The notes: generated by a model not told the origin, from the letters alone. A DNA stretch of 64,000 bases from Nitrospina sp. (GCA_024648695.1 JACAVV010000009.1:40843-104842), one strand, 5' to 3'. Positions 7,106 to 17,446 are shown, counted from the stretch's first letter. Numbers and translations are program-made.

Positions 7106-9518
7106 AACTTGTTATAAAAATATAACCCGCAAGCATCCCGGCAAGGTGCTGATCGGAGCCCTTCTTCTGGGGACCGTTTCGCTTTATATAGCTTCTGGAT
7201 TGGTTTACGACCCGAGAATGGACAACCTGCTCCCCGACGACTTGCCTTTGGTGCAGGAATTCAATGAGGTGGTAGATAAAACCGGGGGATCCGGTCCCCT
7301 GGTAGTGGTATTGGAAAACGCGCAACCGGAGCAGGCCAGGGTAGTCATTGAAGGACTGACCAAACAATTCCATAAAATCCCAGGAATCATGTACGTGGAT
7401 TCCAAACTCCCTATGGAATTTTTAAAAAACCGCCAGCTTCTGCTTGCCTCCAAACCGGATTTACTGGAACTCGAAAAGGAGCTTAAAATTGCAGTAAAAA
7501 AAGCGGAAGAACAAGCCGACGACCTCTTTGGCGATCCCTACGATTTCCTCAGTTCTAAAAAATTAAAATCCGTTGTCGAGGATTTTCATATATTTGATGA
7601 AATGTCGCCTTATTACCAGGGAAGCCGCCAAAAGAATTATTATATTTTCCTACAGCCAAAAGGAACCGTCACCAACACCGATTTCACGGCTGAATTTGTG
7701 GAGTCCGTGAAGAAGGGGATCGCCTCAACAAGTTTTGAAGAACAGTTTCCGGAATTAAAAATTAAGTTGAGCGGATCCTTCATGGTCCGTCTGGAAGAGA
7801 ATAACAGGATCATTCAGGACTTGTTAAAATCTGCCGTTCTGGCCGCTATATTAACCACCTCCATCATTTTAATTTACACCCGGTCCCTGTTTTCAATTCC
7901 CCTGGTCATATTTCCTCTGTTTTTGTCCATCACCTACACCTTTGCTTTGGCCAGAATGATTATCGGCCATATCAATATCGTTTCCGGGTTTTTGATCGCT
8001 ATTCTAATGGGACTGGGAATCGATTACGGAATCCACCTTTACATTCGATTCAAGCAAGAACTCTTAAAAGGAAAACCTATAGCCGCATCGGTGGAGTTGG
8101 TTGTCACGCAAGTGGGTCGTTCCGGCGTCATGGCCATGTTCACGACGCTGAGCGTATTTTCTTTATTAATATTTTCCGAATTCAAGGGATTTTCTGAGTT
8201 TGGGAAAATCGCCAGCCTGGGAATCGTGTGTTCATTTTTGACCTACTTTTTTGTGTTTCCCGCTCAGGTATTGTATTACGACACCTTACACTGGATCCGG
8301 AAACCCAAACCGCGATTGTTTCGCTTCAAAATTTCCAGGCTCTATTCCAATACACCTTATTTCTTGACCATCCTGTTTTTGCTTTTGATGATCACAAGCC
8401 TGTTTTTGGTAACGAGAATCGAATTTGAACAGGATTTCAAAAAACTGAGAGGAGTTTCTCCAGCGGCAGATTACGAAACCCAAACGACTGAAGATTTTGG
8501 ATTCGCGTTTTCGCCAACACTAATCCTGGTCGACAGAGAAGAAGATCTTTTTCCCATTCATAAGACCCTCGAAACCCTAAGGGTCAGAAATGGCGACAAA
8601 ACAACCATAGGGATGGTGCAATCCTTAAACCTGTTTTCCCAACAGGAATATAATCATAAAAAAGAAGTTATTGATCGAATTCGCGACTTATTCGAGGAAA
8701 ACTCCGACACCATTTTATTTTCCATAGGGATGCCAAAGTTCTTAAAATTGAAGGCTATTTTAAACAGCGGCCCCTTTGATGAGTCCAAATTTCCGGATAT
8801 CCTGAAAAAGAAATTTAATGCCAAAGGGAGCCATATCATCCTGCTGTATTCCCCAGCGGACAAAAACTTTTTCGATGCGCGCAATCTCTACCAACTCAAA
8901 TATGAAATCAATGAGTTGAAAAAAATGCTGGAGGATAAGAAAATTGACACCTCCATCATGAATGAAAACCTCCTCGCCGCGACTATTCTTGATTGGGTGA
9001 TCAAGAAAGGTCCCATCGCTATGTTCATGGCCATGGCTATGGTGATGGTTATCCTGTTGATTGATCTAAAAAGCATTAAGCTCGCCTTAAAAATGTTCCT
9101 GCCCTTGTTCACCGGGTTGGCCATGAGTGGTGCCATTATGGGCGCATTCGACGTAAAGCTTAATTTCATCAATATCGTGATGTTACCTTCTATTGTCGGG
9201 ATTATGATCGATCATTGTATCTATTTGGGCCACCATATTCTGGATCATTCGCATCGCGAATCCGTGGAATCCATTCGTGAGACCGGAAGCGCTGTGTTGT
9301 TATCTTCGCTGACCAGCCTTGCGGGATACGCCAGTTTAAACATTGCGGATCACGGTGGCGTTCAATCCATTGCCCATGTTGTCGAGATCGGGATTATAAC
9401 CTGCACCGTCTGTGCTCTGTTTATGCTCCCGGCTCTTTTCGAGCTTTCAAATCACAAGTTGGCATTTATCAAATCCCGTGATCGATTAAAGTTGAGAAGC
9501 GAAAAGGACGACTCCTAA
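7089..9518 (+). CDS. MMPL/RND-superfamily membrane transporter (HpnN/MmpL-like lipid exporter)
   Basis: Two-fold architecture: a TM helix, a large soluble loop and a 5-TM bundle, repeated twice. The RND-like bundles include GFLIAILMGLGIDYGIHLY and SIVGIMIDHCIYLGHH. The ORF is open from 7026. ATG 7089 (MRALLETCYKN...) is the likelier start and still overlaps the upstream gene. Confidence 0.75.
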   Translation: MRALLETCYKNITRKHPGKVLIGALLLGTVSLYIASGLVYDPRMDNLLPDDLPLVQEFNEVVDKTGGSGPLVVVLENAQPEQARVVIEGLTKQFHKIPGIMYVDSKLPMEFLKNRQLLLASKPDLLELEKELKIAVKKAEEQADDLFGDPYDFLSSKKLKSVVEDFHIFDEMSPYYQGSRQKNYYIFLQPKGTVTNTDFTAEFVESVKKGIASTSFEEQFPELKIKLSGSFMVRLEENNRIIQDLLKSAVLAAILTTSIILIYTRSLFSIPLVIFPLFLSITYTFALARMIIGHINIVSGFLIAILMGLGIDYGIHLYIRFKQELLKGKPIAASVELVVTQVGRSGVMAMFTTLSVFSLLIFSEFKGFSEFGKIASLGIVCSFLTYFFVFPAQVLYYDTLHWIRKPKPRLFRFKISRLYSNTPYFLTILFLLLMITSLFLVTRIEFEQDFKKLRGVSPAADYETQTTEDFGFAFSPTLILVDREEDLFPIHKTLETLRVRNGDKTTIGMVQSLNLFSQQEYNHKKEVIDRIRDLFEENSDTILFSIGMPKFLKLKAILNSGPFDESKFPDILKKKFNAKGSHIILLYSPADKNFFDARNLYQLKYEINELKKMLEDKKIDTSIMNENLLAATILDWVIKKGPIAMFMAMAMVMVILLIDLKSIKLALKMFLPLFTGLAMSGAIMGAFDVKLNFINIVMLPSIVGIMIDHCIYLGHHILDHSHRESVESIRETGSAVLLSSLTSLAGYASLNIADHGGVQSIAHVVEIGIITCTVCALFMLPALFELSNHKLAFIKSRDRLKLRSEKDDS

Positions 9519-9704
9519 AAAATCAAAGGTTTATAACGATTTTCAAAGCAAATTAAAAACACAATTACAAAATTATCCAGATTTTGCTAGAATTAAAAGA
9601 ATTAGTGTGGTTCTATTTTTTGGCGCTTTCAAACCATAGAGACCCGCCAAGGCTTAACCAAACCAGGCAAACTGGAACCCCCGTCACCTTTTAGGAAACC
9701 GAAC

Positions 9705-10322
9705 ATGTCTACAAAATCAGATTCCAATTTTGAAATCGTCAATATCCAGCCCACTCCCAATCCCCATGCATTAAAATTTATTCTGAATCAGCCGGTCATC
9801 AGTGGAGGCACCAAATTTATTACGGGAGAAGACGATTTCGAAAACGACGAATTTGTGCAGGCATTGTTTGCCTCGGTCCCTGGAGTCGAGTCAGTTTATA
9901 TCAACGAAAATTTTGTAACAGTAACGAAATCCTTCAACGAAGACTGGTCCGAATTGGAAGATGAGGTTCAACAATTACTCCATTCGCGCCTGCAGTTTTA
10001 CAATGTTCCAAAGCAAAACCAAACCAACATTCCCGAAAACAAGAACAGTATTGCCAACTCGATCACTCCCGAAGAATACCACTCCAGAAATGATGCTGAA
10101 AAGCTACTCATTGTGGAAGCCATATTTGACGAGCAAATCCGGCCCGCTCTCGCGGCTGACGGCGGAGGCCTGTCTGTAGCTACGGTGGAAGGAAAAATTG
10201 TTCGAATCAATTATGAAGGGGCATGCGGAAGTTGCCCCAGTTCCCTTTCAGGAACCCTTCGTGCCATTGAATCAATTTTAAGAAATGCTCTCGGGCCGGA
10301 AATTGAAGTTTTTGCCAACTGA
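9705..10322 (+). CDS. Nfu/NifU-like Fe-S cluster scaffold/carrier protein
   Basis: N-terminal Nfu_N-like domain (IQPTPNPHALKFILNQ...) and C-terminal NifU domain (IRPALAADGGGL...YEGACGSCPSS with the CxxC motif). Confidence 0.85.
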   Translation: MSTKSDSNFEIVNIQPTPNPHALKFILNQPVISGGTKFITGEDDFENDEFVQALFASVPGVESVYINENFVTVTKSFNEDWSELEDEVQQLLHSRLQFYNVPKQNQTNIPENKNSIANSITPEEYHSRNDAEKLLIVEAIFDEQIRPALAADGGGLSVATVEGKIVRINYEGACGSCPSSLSGTLRAIESILRNALGPEIEVFAN

Positions 10323-10353
10323 TTTTATTTTGGTCCCTGCCCAATTAATTTTT

Positions 10354-10620
10354 TCAGTGTGATGCCAGGGGAACAAGATCCTCAGTTTCAGTTTTTCCTT
10401 GAACTTTAATTCCAAATAATATTGCATAGGTTACCGGTGCCACGACCAGGGTTAAAAATGTAGATACCAGCAAACCACCCATGATTGCCACCACCAGAGG
10501 CCCCCAAAACAATCCGCTGACAGCCAATGTAAACAAGCCCGCGATAGTGGTTACTGTCGTCAGGAATATAGGATAAGCCCTGCGCAGACCTAAAATGTTC
10601 CCTTGCTGGACCAGTCTGGA
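10354..10620 (-). pseudogene. Orphan C-terminal fragment of an AcrB/CzcA-type RND efflux pump
   Basis: LRRAYPIFLTTVTTIAGLFTLAVSGLFWGPLVVAIMGGLLVSTFLTLVVAPVTYAILF matches TM11-TM12 at the extreme C-terminus of HAE/HME RND pumps. About 1000 codons are missing, and the upstream sequence has no RND similarity. Confidence 0.7.
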
Positions 10621-10880
10621 AAGAAAAACGGATAAATTGGTGTGGAAGACGAAGAAAGGAAAGGATCTTGTTTTTATATTGAAATCCCTGTTTACAAACC
10701 TGAAAAAGGGCATCCTGAAAAAGAAAACCTAATACAGCCTCTAAAAAACCAAAAAACTACCAGGTCGTTGGTTCCAGCCTTTCCCACCTGAAAATTTTTT
10801 AGCCTCAGCCCCGCTTCCCTTTTATAATATCCAAAAGCGTTCCCGAATTTTTTGTAAGTAATCTGTAAAAGGAGAGTCTC

Positions 10881-11192
10881 ATGCCCGTAATCATGACTGC
10901 CCGGTACCAGGTTCGTCCGCAATCAGTCCAAATATGCAAACAAGCTATTGAACAGTTGGTCGAACATATTCGAAAAAATGAACCCCGAACGAAATTTTAT
11001 ATCGCTCTCCAGGAAAACCTCAATCCCACGCGATTTTTACACACTCTTATTTTTGAGAGCGAAGCGGCCATGGCCTTGCACCGGAATTCCAAAGCGGCGG
11101 AGCAATTCGTTAAACAATTGTATCCGGAAACTTTGGAACCCATCGAGTTTACCGAATATCAGATAACGGGATGCAATCTGGATTTGTTATAG
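10881..11192 (+). CDS. ABM-domain (antibiotic biosynthesis monooxygenase-like) small protein
   Basis: About 100 aa with a ferredoxin-like ABM pattern (VIMTARYQVRP...FYIALQENLNPTRFLHTLIFESEAAMALHRNS...). A GGAG is upstream of the ATG. Confidence 0.55.
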   Translation: MPVIMTARYQVRPQSVQICKQAIEQLVEHIRKNEPRTKFYIALQENLNPTRFLHTLIFESEAAMALHRNSKAAEQFVKQLYPETLEPIEFTEYQITGCNLDLL

Positions 11193-11201
11193 AATCCGGT
11201 A

Positions 11202-11510
11202 TCAGGTGTTGATTTCCTTCAAGAGGTCTGCAAGTTCGGAAAGTTGACGGTTCACTTGTGAGTTTGGCAATGGGGTGGGTGATTCTGATTCAGTATCCTG
11301 TTCGTGGGAAACATCGAAATATGATTTTAACTGATGGTGGCTTCCCAAATGGATCCATTTTTTTCCATCTTGAGAAAATTCATCATCGGCCTGCAATTTA
11401 TTTTTTTTGATCAGAGTGACCAGCATATTTGCAGGAATATCCCCCAGCTTTTTCGAACCCCGCCGAATATAAACTCGAGGGGATTGGGCTTTTTGTGGAG
11501 AAATCAACAT
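11202..11510 (-). CDS. Hypothetical protein, possible GYF_2-like domain
   Basis: 102-aa ORF. VYIRRGSKKLGDIPANMLVTLIKKNKLQADDEFSQDGKKWIHLG resembles the bacterial GYF_2/DUF4339 pattern. The support is weak. Confidence 0.4.
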   Translation of the reverse strand: MLISPQKAQSPRVYIRRGSKKLGDIPANMLVTLIKKNKLQADDEFSQDGKKWIHLGSHHQLKSYFDVSHEQDTESESPTPLPNSQVNRQLSELADLLKEINT

Positions 11511-11542
11511 GACTTTTCCTCCTTTTTAAAAAGTTTGCAAGG

Positions 11543-12283
11543 TTATCCGAGGTAGATGGTCCGGGTTCGCAATTCCTCATTGTCGGCATTCCAGAGGATT
11601 TCCCGAAACCCGGGGTTCCTGTGGTTAACAAATACCTTGTCCTCATAGGATGCGAATTCCACAGCCGTGGAGGGCGAAACATAGAAATTTAAACCGTTTG
11701 TTTCACTATAAAAACTTTTGTGTGCATGACCACAAAAGATATGATGTTCTCCTTCACTATGCAAAAGAGTTTCCAATAGATGTTGCCTGTCTTTGAGAAA
11801 ACAAATTTCATCCATAAAAGGATGCTCACAATCCACCAAAGGATGATGAATAAAAATCAAGGGGGTTTTTCCTTGAAAATGGTCGAGTGCTGATTTCAAA
11901 AATTCGCTGTCTTCGCTTTCGACCTTTTCTGTCGAGGAATCCATGAAAACCATTGGCACAGGAGATTCCACAATCCGGTTCAAGGAGTTGTGTCGAAGCT
12001 CAAGGTCGAAGGTTTCCGCCAACATAGCTGGATCATCGTGGTTTCCTGGCAAAATATGATAAGGTTTCCCTAAGGTATCCAGGCGTCGTTTTAAATAAGA
12101 ATAAACACTAGGTTCACCCTCCATAGCGGCGATATCTCCTGTCACCACCATGAAATCGCATGATGCCACTTCTTCGGTTTTTAGAACCCTGTCCAATTGG
12201 TCTCGCGAATCCACTCTGTGAAACAATTCTTCTTCATCCGGGGTTATATGCAAATCGCTAATCTGGATACAACGGTAAATCAT
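11543..12283 (-). CDS. Calcineurin-like metallophosphoesterase
   Basis: Motifs ISDLHI, VVTGDI, GNHD and CGHAH appear in the canonical order. The start overlaps the lgt stop by 4 nt. Confidence 0.85.
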   Translation of the reverse strand: MIYRCIQISDLHITPDEEELFHRVDSRDQLDRVLKTEEVASCDFMVVTGDIAAMEGEPSVYSYLKRRLDTLGKPYHILPGNHDDPAMLAETFDLELRHNSLNRIVESPVPMVFMDSSTEKVESEDSEFLKSALDHFQGKTPLIFIHHPLVDCEHPFMDEICFLKDRQHLLETLLHSEGEHHIFCGHAHKSFYSETNGLNFYVSPSTAVEFASYEDKVFVNHRNPGFREILWNADNEELRTRTIYLG

Positions 12284-13044
12284 GTAGCCTGTTTGGATCG
12301 CAAAGAGTAAAACATGAAAAGGGACAGCCCCAGGGTAAACACACCGATCAACTGGGAAGTCGATAAAATTTCCGGGACAAAAAAGCCTCTATCGTCACCA
12401 CGTAAAAACTCGATCAGGAATCGGCCGATCGAATACAAAATGCCATAAAGCCAAAACACCTGACCGTCAAACTGTTTCCGCTTACGAAACCAGACTAAAA
12501 AGAAAAAAATCACAAGAGCATTTAAGGAAAGATACACTTGTGTGGGATGCAGTCCAATATTCAAAGGAGCCAGAGACTTGGAATCGGTGAAGGTGATTGC
12601 CCAGGGAAGATCTGTGGGTTTTCCATAACAACATCCCGCAAAAAAACAGCCCCAACGCCCTAAGACCTGGCCGATGGCTATGGACGGGGCCATAATGTCT
12701 CCTACCTTACTGATAGGCATTTGATGTTTTTTCAGAAACAGGATGGATACCACTACCGCCAATATCAGCCCACCGTAAAACACCAGTCCGCCTTTCCAGA
12801 ACTTGATCATTTCTGTGGGATTCTTAATAAAATAATCAAACTCCACCACAACATAAAGAAGTCGGGCTCCAATTAAAGCCGACAAAATAATGTAAAAGCA
12901 CAGATCAAGAATCTTTTGGGGATCGACACCCTCCTTCTTTGCCTGCCGGGATGCGAGAATAATGGCGGTAAAAAATCCCGAAGCGACAAAAAAGCCGTAG
13001 GTGAAAACCTTGAAAAAACCTAATTCTATAAGGACAGGATACAT
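12280..13044 (-). CDS. lgt: Prolipoprotein diacylglyceryl transferase
   Basis: Typical Lgt sequence: FKVFTYGFFVASGF, IGARLLYV, GGLVFYGGL, GRWGCFFAGCCYGKPTDLPWAITF, HPTQVY, RGDDRG. Confidence 0.93.
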   Translation of the reverse strand: MYPVLIELGFFKVFTYGFFVASGFFTAIILASRQAKKEGVDPQKILDLCFYIILSALIGARLLYVVVEFDYFIKNPTEMIKFWKGGLVFYGGLILAVVVSILFLKKHQMPISKVGDIMAPSIAIGQVLGRWGCFFAGCCYGKPTDLPWAITFTDSKSLAPLNIGLHPTQVYLSLNALVIFFFLVWFRKRKQFDGQVFWLYGILYSIGRFLIEFLRGDDRGFFVPEILSTSQLIGVFTLGLSLFMFYSLRSKQAT

Positions 13045-13093
13045 GGAAGGCTATGGTTAAATGCTGGAGCGCGCTATAAGAACAAACGCAGTT

Positions 13094-13648
13094 TCAGGAA
13101 TTGGGTTCGGGAGTGCCTGTGTCCGGATCTTTTGCAAACAGATCGATAATCATCAAACCCACTCCTATTGTAATACAAGAATCCGCAATATTGAAAGCGG
13201 GCCAGTGGATATTCTTGTAGAAAAAGTCGAGGAAGTCGATAACTTCCTTATACATAACCCGGTCAATCACATTGCCAATTGCTCCGCTAAAAATAAGAAT
13301 CAGTCCATTCTGGGCGATTTTTTTATTGTCGGGTGTGTGATGAAAAAACACCAGAATGGCTATGATTGCGATCACAGAAACTGAAATGAATATAAAGGGT
13401 TTCATTTCGGAACCTTGACGCGCAAACATTCCAAAAGCAACGCCGGAATTGCGAATGTGCGTCAGGCTGAAGAAGTTCTTGATCACCTCGACTGAATGGT
13501 ACTTGGGTATATGGGCAATCACCATGTATTTGGTGACCTGATCCAGGACAACCAGAACATTTGAGATCAAAAGCAAATGCAGGTATTTATTCTTTAAAAA
13601 GTCTTTCAAGCTTTTGCCTCTTGAAGGTGGCCCGCACATCTTGAACAT
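13094..13648 (-). CDS. lspA: Lipoprotein signal peptidase II
   Basis: [34 protein letters not shown] (here [10 protein letters not shown]), WPAFNIADS. The start is uncertain. ATG 13648 overlaps ileS by 43 nt. A TTG at 13609 overlapping the ileS TGA is an alternative. Confidence 0.9.
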   Translation of the reverse strand: MFKMCGPPSRGKSLKDFLKNKYLHLLLISNVLVVLDQVTKYMVIAHIPKYHSVEVIKNFFSLTHIRNSGVAFGMFARQGSEMKPFIFISVSVIAIIAILVFFHHTPDNKKIAQNGLILIFSGAIGNVIDRVMYKEVIDFLDFFYKNIHWPAFNIADSCITIGVGLMIIDLFAKDPDTGTPEPNS

Positions 13649-16404
13649 AAAAGAGAATCGTCTTCGGATGAAGTGTCACCTTCAAAGAAATTCCAGCATC
13701 GCTCGCATTTCAATCCTTCCATAGCTCGAACCGACACTTTCAAGCCTTCCAGGGTTTCACTGCAATACACGTTCTCGGCGCCATTCATACTTTCCACCAC
13801 ACTCACTTTGGAGACGATGAAAATAAACCTCAATTCATCCAGGTCATCTTTTAGCAGATCCTTTAATGATTGCGGAAGTTCCAGACTCACCCAGGCATCC
13901 AGAGAATGGCCAATCGTTTTACTCGCCCGAACAGGTTCAATGGCTTTACTCACTTCTGCCCTCAACTCTACAATGCGGTCCCATTTCTCAACCAAAGCGG
14001 GATCGGATGGCATTCCATCCAGTGGAGCGAAGTGGCTGAGATGAACACTATCTTCCTTTTCGGAGCCCTCGGGAAAGTAGTTCCAGATTTCCTCCGCAGT
14101 GAAACTGAGAATTGGCGCCATAAGCCGGGTCATGGTGGTCAGCAATTGATACAAGGCGGTTTGACCGGACCGGCGTCCTCTGGAGTTTTTAGGATAGGTA
14201 TACAGCCGGTCCTTTAATATATCCAGATAGAAGGAGCTTAAGTCGACAACACAGAAATTATAAAACGCGTGAAAAAATGTATGGAATTCAAAGTTTTCAT
14301 ACGCCTTCAAAACGCGGTCTTGCAAATCTCTCAAACGGAACAAAATGTACCGATCGATTTCCAACATGTCCTCAAAAGGAACACGATGGGATTTTGGATC
14401 GAAGTCATTCAGGTTCCCCACAAGATAACGAAAGGTGTTGCGAATTTTCCGGTACGCTTCCGTGAGGCGTTTCAGAATTTCGTGGGAGATACGGATATCC
14501 TCGCGATAGTTTTCGGACGCTACCCACAAGCGTAAAATTTCGGCACCGTATTGATCGATAATTTTCTGCGGCGCGATCACATTGCCCGCCGACTTGGACA
14601 TTTTTTTCCCTTTGCCATCGACTACATAGCCATGCGTCAAAACGGTCTTGTAAGGAGCCTGACCACGTGTTCCCACCGACTCCAACAGCGAACTGTGGAA
14701 CCAGCCGCGATGCTGGTCGCTCCCTTCCAGATATAAATCTGCCGGCCATTGTACTTTTGCATTCGACTCGAGAACCGCCGCATGGCTGACCCCGGAATCG
14801 AACCACACATCGAGAATATCGTTTTCCTTGGTGAACTCCCGACTCCCACAGGCACATTGAACTCCCTCCGGAAGCAAATCCCGCACATCATTTTCAAACC
14901 AGTAATCGGCACCGTGTTCTTCAATCAAACTAACCAGATGATCAAACACTTCTGCAGAAACCAGAATTTCTTCGCATTCCTTGCAGGAAAAAATAGCTAT
15001 CGGAACGCCCCAGGCTCTTTGTCTCGAAATACACCAGTCCGGCCGATTTTCGATCATCGAATAAATTCGGTCTCGGCCCCAATGTGGTACCCATTGGGTG
15101 GAATCAATCGCTTGCAGTGCTTTTTTCCTCAGATCGTCGTGATCCACCGCAATGAACCATTGCGGCGTCGCGCGAAAAATAATCGGCTGATGACATCGCC
15201 AGCAATGCGGATAAGAGTGGTTGATTTTGGCCTGGGCCACCAATTGACCCAACTCTTCAAGTTTTTCGATAATCACCGGGTTGGCCTTGGAAACAAACAT
15301 CCCCTCAACAAATTCGACACCGGCTTTGAAAATTCCCGCATTGTCCACAGGGTTATAAGCTTCCAAACCATATTTCAATCCAACCGCATAGTCCTCCTGT
15401 CCGTGCCCAGGAGCCGTGTGCACACATCCAGTACCCTGCTCCAAAGTCACGTGATCTCCCACAATGGTTTGCGACTCGCGATCTATAAAAGGATGGCGAC
15501 AAACCAGGCCTTCCAGGTCTTTTCCGGAACAGGAACCCAAAACCTCATAGTCTTTCAAATCCCATTCCAGCACCAAAGCGGAAAGTCGGTCTTCGGCAAT
15601 TATATATTCGTGACCATCCGCCTTCACACCCACATACCTGAATTCAGGATGCACACACACCGCCAGATTGGCGGGCAGGGTCCAGGGCGTTGTGGTCCAG
15701 ATGACCATCGAAGCCTTTTCGGGATCCAATCCATCAATCTGTCCGTTCCAGCCCGACTTGATGGGAAACTTAACATAAATGGAAGCGGACTGGTGATCGG
15801 CATATTCCACTTCGGCTTCGGCCAAAGCCGTCATACAACTCGTGCACCAGTGAACCGGTTTTGAACCCTTATATACCATGCCCGCCTGGGCAAATTTTCC
15901 CAGCTCGCGGACAATCGTGGCCTGGTAAGAAGTGTTCATCGTGAGATAAGGCTCCTCCCAATCGGCAAAGACACCCAGGCGTTTGAACTCTTCCTTCTGG
16001 ATTTCCACAAATCCCGCCGCATATTCACGGCATAATTTGCGAATTTGATTTTTGTCGACCGCCTGCTTCTTTTTCCTTTGTTCCTTGACCACCTGATGTT
16101 CGATAGGTAAACCATGACAATCCCAACCGGGGATAAAGGTCGCGTCGAAACCTTTCATGCTCATGATTTTTACGATGAAGTCCTTCAGCAGTTTGTTCAA
16201 GGCATGGCCCATATGAATGTGGCCATTGGCATAAGGTGGACCGTCGTGGAACACGTATTTGGGTTTGCCCCTGGCCTGCTCCCTGATTTTTTCATAGAGC
16301 TTGTTCTCTTCCCATTGCTTTAACCATTTGGGTTCCCTTTGCACCAAATTGGCTTTCATCGGGAAATCGGTTTGCGGTAAATTGAGCGTTTCTTTATATT
16401 CCAT
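13606..16404 (-). CDS. ileS: Isoleucyl-tRNA synthetase
   Basis: 932 aa with class I motifs [11 protein letters not shown] (HIGH) and KMSKS, and a C-terminal zinc-binding CxxC pair (CERCWNF...CSRCAGH). The classical ileS-lspA linkage is present. Confidence 0.97.
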   Translation of the reverse strand: MEYKETLNLPQTDFPMKANLVQREPKWLKQWEENKLYEKIREQARGKPKYVFHDGPPYANGHIHMGHALNKLLKDFIVKIMSMKGFDATFIPGWDCHGLPIEHQVVKEQRKKKQAVDKNQIRKLCREYAAGFVEIQKEEFKRLGVFADWEEPYLTMNTSYQATIVRELGKFAQAGMVYKGSKPVHWCTSCMTALAEAEVEYADHQSASIYVKFPIKSGWNGQIDGLDPEKASMVIWTTTPWTLPANLAVCVHPEFRYVGVKADGHEYIIAEDRLSALVLEWDLKDYEVLGSCSGKDLEGLVCRHPFIDRESQTIVGDHVTLEQGTGCVHTAPGHGQEDYAVGLKYGLEAYNPVDNAGIFKAGVEFVEGMFVSKANPVIIEKLEELGQLVAQAKINHSYPHCWRCHQPIIFRATPQWFIAVDHDDLRKKALQAIDSTQWVPHWGRDRIYSMIENRPDWCISRQRAWGVPIAIFSCKECEEILVSAEVFDHLVSLIEEHGADYWFENDVRDLLPEGVQCACGSREFTKENDILDVWFDSGVSHAAVLESNAKVQWPADLYLEGSDQHRGWFHSSLLESVGTRGQAPYKTVLTHGYVVDGKGKKMSKSAGNVIAPQKIIDQYGAEILRLWVASENYREDIRISHEILKRLTEAYRKIRNTFRYLVGNLNDFDPKSHRVPFEDMLEIDRYILFRLRDLQDRVLKAYENFEFHTFFHAFYNFCVVDLSSFYLDILKDRLYTYPKNSRGRRSGQTALYQLLTTMTRLMAPILSFTAEEIWNYFPEGSEKEDSVHLSHFAPLDGMPSDPALVEKWDRIVELRAEVSKAIEPVRASKTIGHSLDAWVSLELPQSLKDLLKDDLDELRFIFIVSKVSVVESMNGAENVYCSETLEGLKVSVRAMEGLKCERCWNFFEGDTSSEDDSLLCSRCAGHLQEAKA

Positions 16405-16435
16405 GATTTCTTTTATATTTTATATCGTTCGCGAT

Positions 16436-17428
16436 TCATTTGGTTTTATCCATCACCGATTTTGCTTCTTCCAAAGTGCGTTCGGCCACTTGACACGCAC
16501 GTTTACGTCCTTCAGCAAGGATTTCATACACTTCTTTGGGCTTGTTCAAATACTCACGCCGTTTTTCCATATGGGGACGCATCCCACTCAGCATCGTTTC
16601 CGCCAACTTATTTTTGCAATCCCCACAACCAATGGCGGCCGTTCTGCAATCGCGGTCAATTTCTTCCTGCATCGATTTGGGAGAATAAATCTTATGAAAC
16701 GGAAACAGGTTACACACATCCGGATCACCCGGATCTTCCCTCATTTTGCGTTGCGGGTCGGTGAACATCGACTTCACTTTTTTAGTGACCTGTTTTTCCG
16801 TATCTGACAAATAGATTGCATTGTCGTAACTCTTGCTCATTTTGCGTCCATCGATGCCGTTCAGTTTGGGGATGTCCGAAATCTTGGCCGCGGGCTCTAT
16901 AAACACTTTCTTCTTATAAAGATTATGAAAGCGCCGCACAATCTCACGAGACAATTCCAAATGCGGTGCCTGATCAATCCCCACAGGAACATAATTGGCT
17001 TTATAAAGAACGATATCTGCTGTTTGCAAAACCGGGTAACCCAAAAACCCGTAGGAACTCATGTCTACATTCTTAACTTCATCCTGCTTTTCTTTATAAG
17101 TGGGATTGCGTTCGAGCCAGGGAACGGGAACCATCATCGATAACATCAAATGCAGTTCCGCATGCTGGGGAACCTCGGATTGAATGAACAAAGTGCATTT
17201 TTCCGGATCCAAACCAGAGCTTAACCAATCAACCGCCACCTCAAACACATAGTTCTTTATTTTCGACGGAGATTCGTAAAGCGAGGTGAGCGCATGCCAG
17301 TCCGCGATGAAATAAAAACATTCGAACTCATCTTGCAATTCCACCCAGTTTTTCAAGGCCCCGAAGTAATTCCCCAAATGCAACTGGCCAGTCGGTTGCA
17401 TACCACTCAATATTCGTTTTTTCTTCAT
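16436..17428 (-). CDS. trpS: Tryptophanyl-tRNA synthetase with a Cys4 insertion
   Basis: SGMQPTGQLHLGNYFGA (HIGH-type), KMSKS, and the overall TrpRS length. It contains C239-x21-C261-x6-C268-x2-C271. Confidence 0.93.
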   Translation of the reverse strand: MKKKRILSGMQPTGQLHLGNYFGALKNWVELQDEFECFYFIADWHALTSLYESPSKIKNYVFEVAVDWLSSGLDPEKCTLFIQSEVPQHAELHLMLSMMVPVPWLERNPTYKEKQDEVKNVDMSSYGFLGYPVLQTADIVLYKANYVPVGIDQAPHLELSREIVRRFHNLYKKKVFIEPAAKISDIPKLNGIDGRKMSKSYDNAIYLSDTEKQVTKKVKSMFTDPQRKMREDPGDPDVCNLFPFHKIYSPKSMQEEIDRDCRTAAIGCGDCKNKLAETMLSGMRPHMEKRREYLNKPKEVYEILAEGRKRACQVAERTLEEAKSVMDKTK

Positions 17429-17446
17429 AAGGTAAGATTCACAAAA

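Noticed and set aside
10692-10922. 76-aa minus-strand ORF overlapping the start of the ABM gene
   Set aside because: It has no similarity to anything I recognise, including RND pumps, and it overlaps a better-supported gene start. I treated it as non-coding sequence next to the RND remnant.
14749-15864. 371-aa plus-strand ORF, plus several shorter ones between 13673 and 16807
   Set aside because: It lies entirely antisense to the strongly supported ileS/trpS coding regions. The translation is low-complexity and Arg/Ser/Pro-rich with no motifs, which is typical of shadow ORFs.
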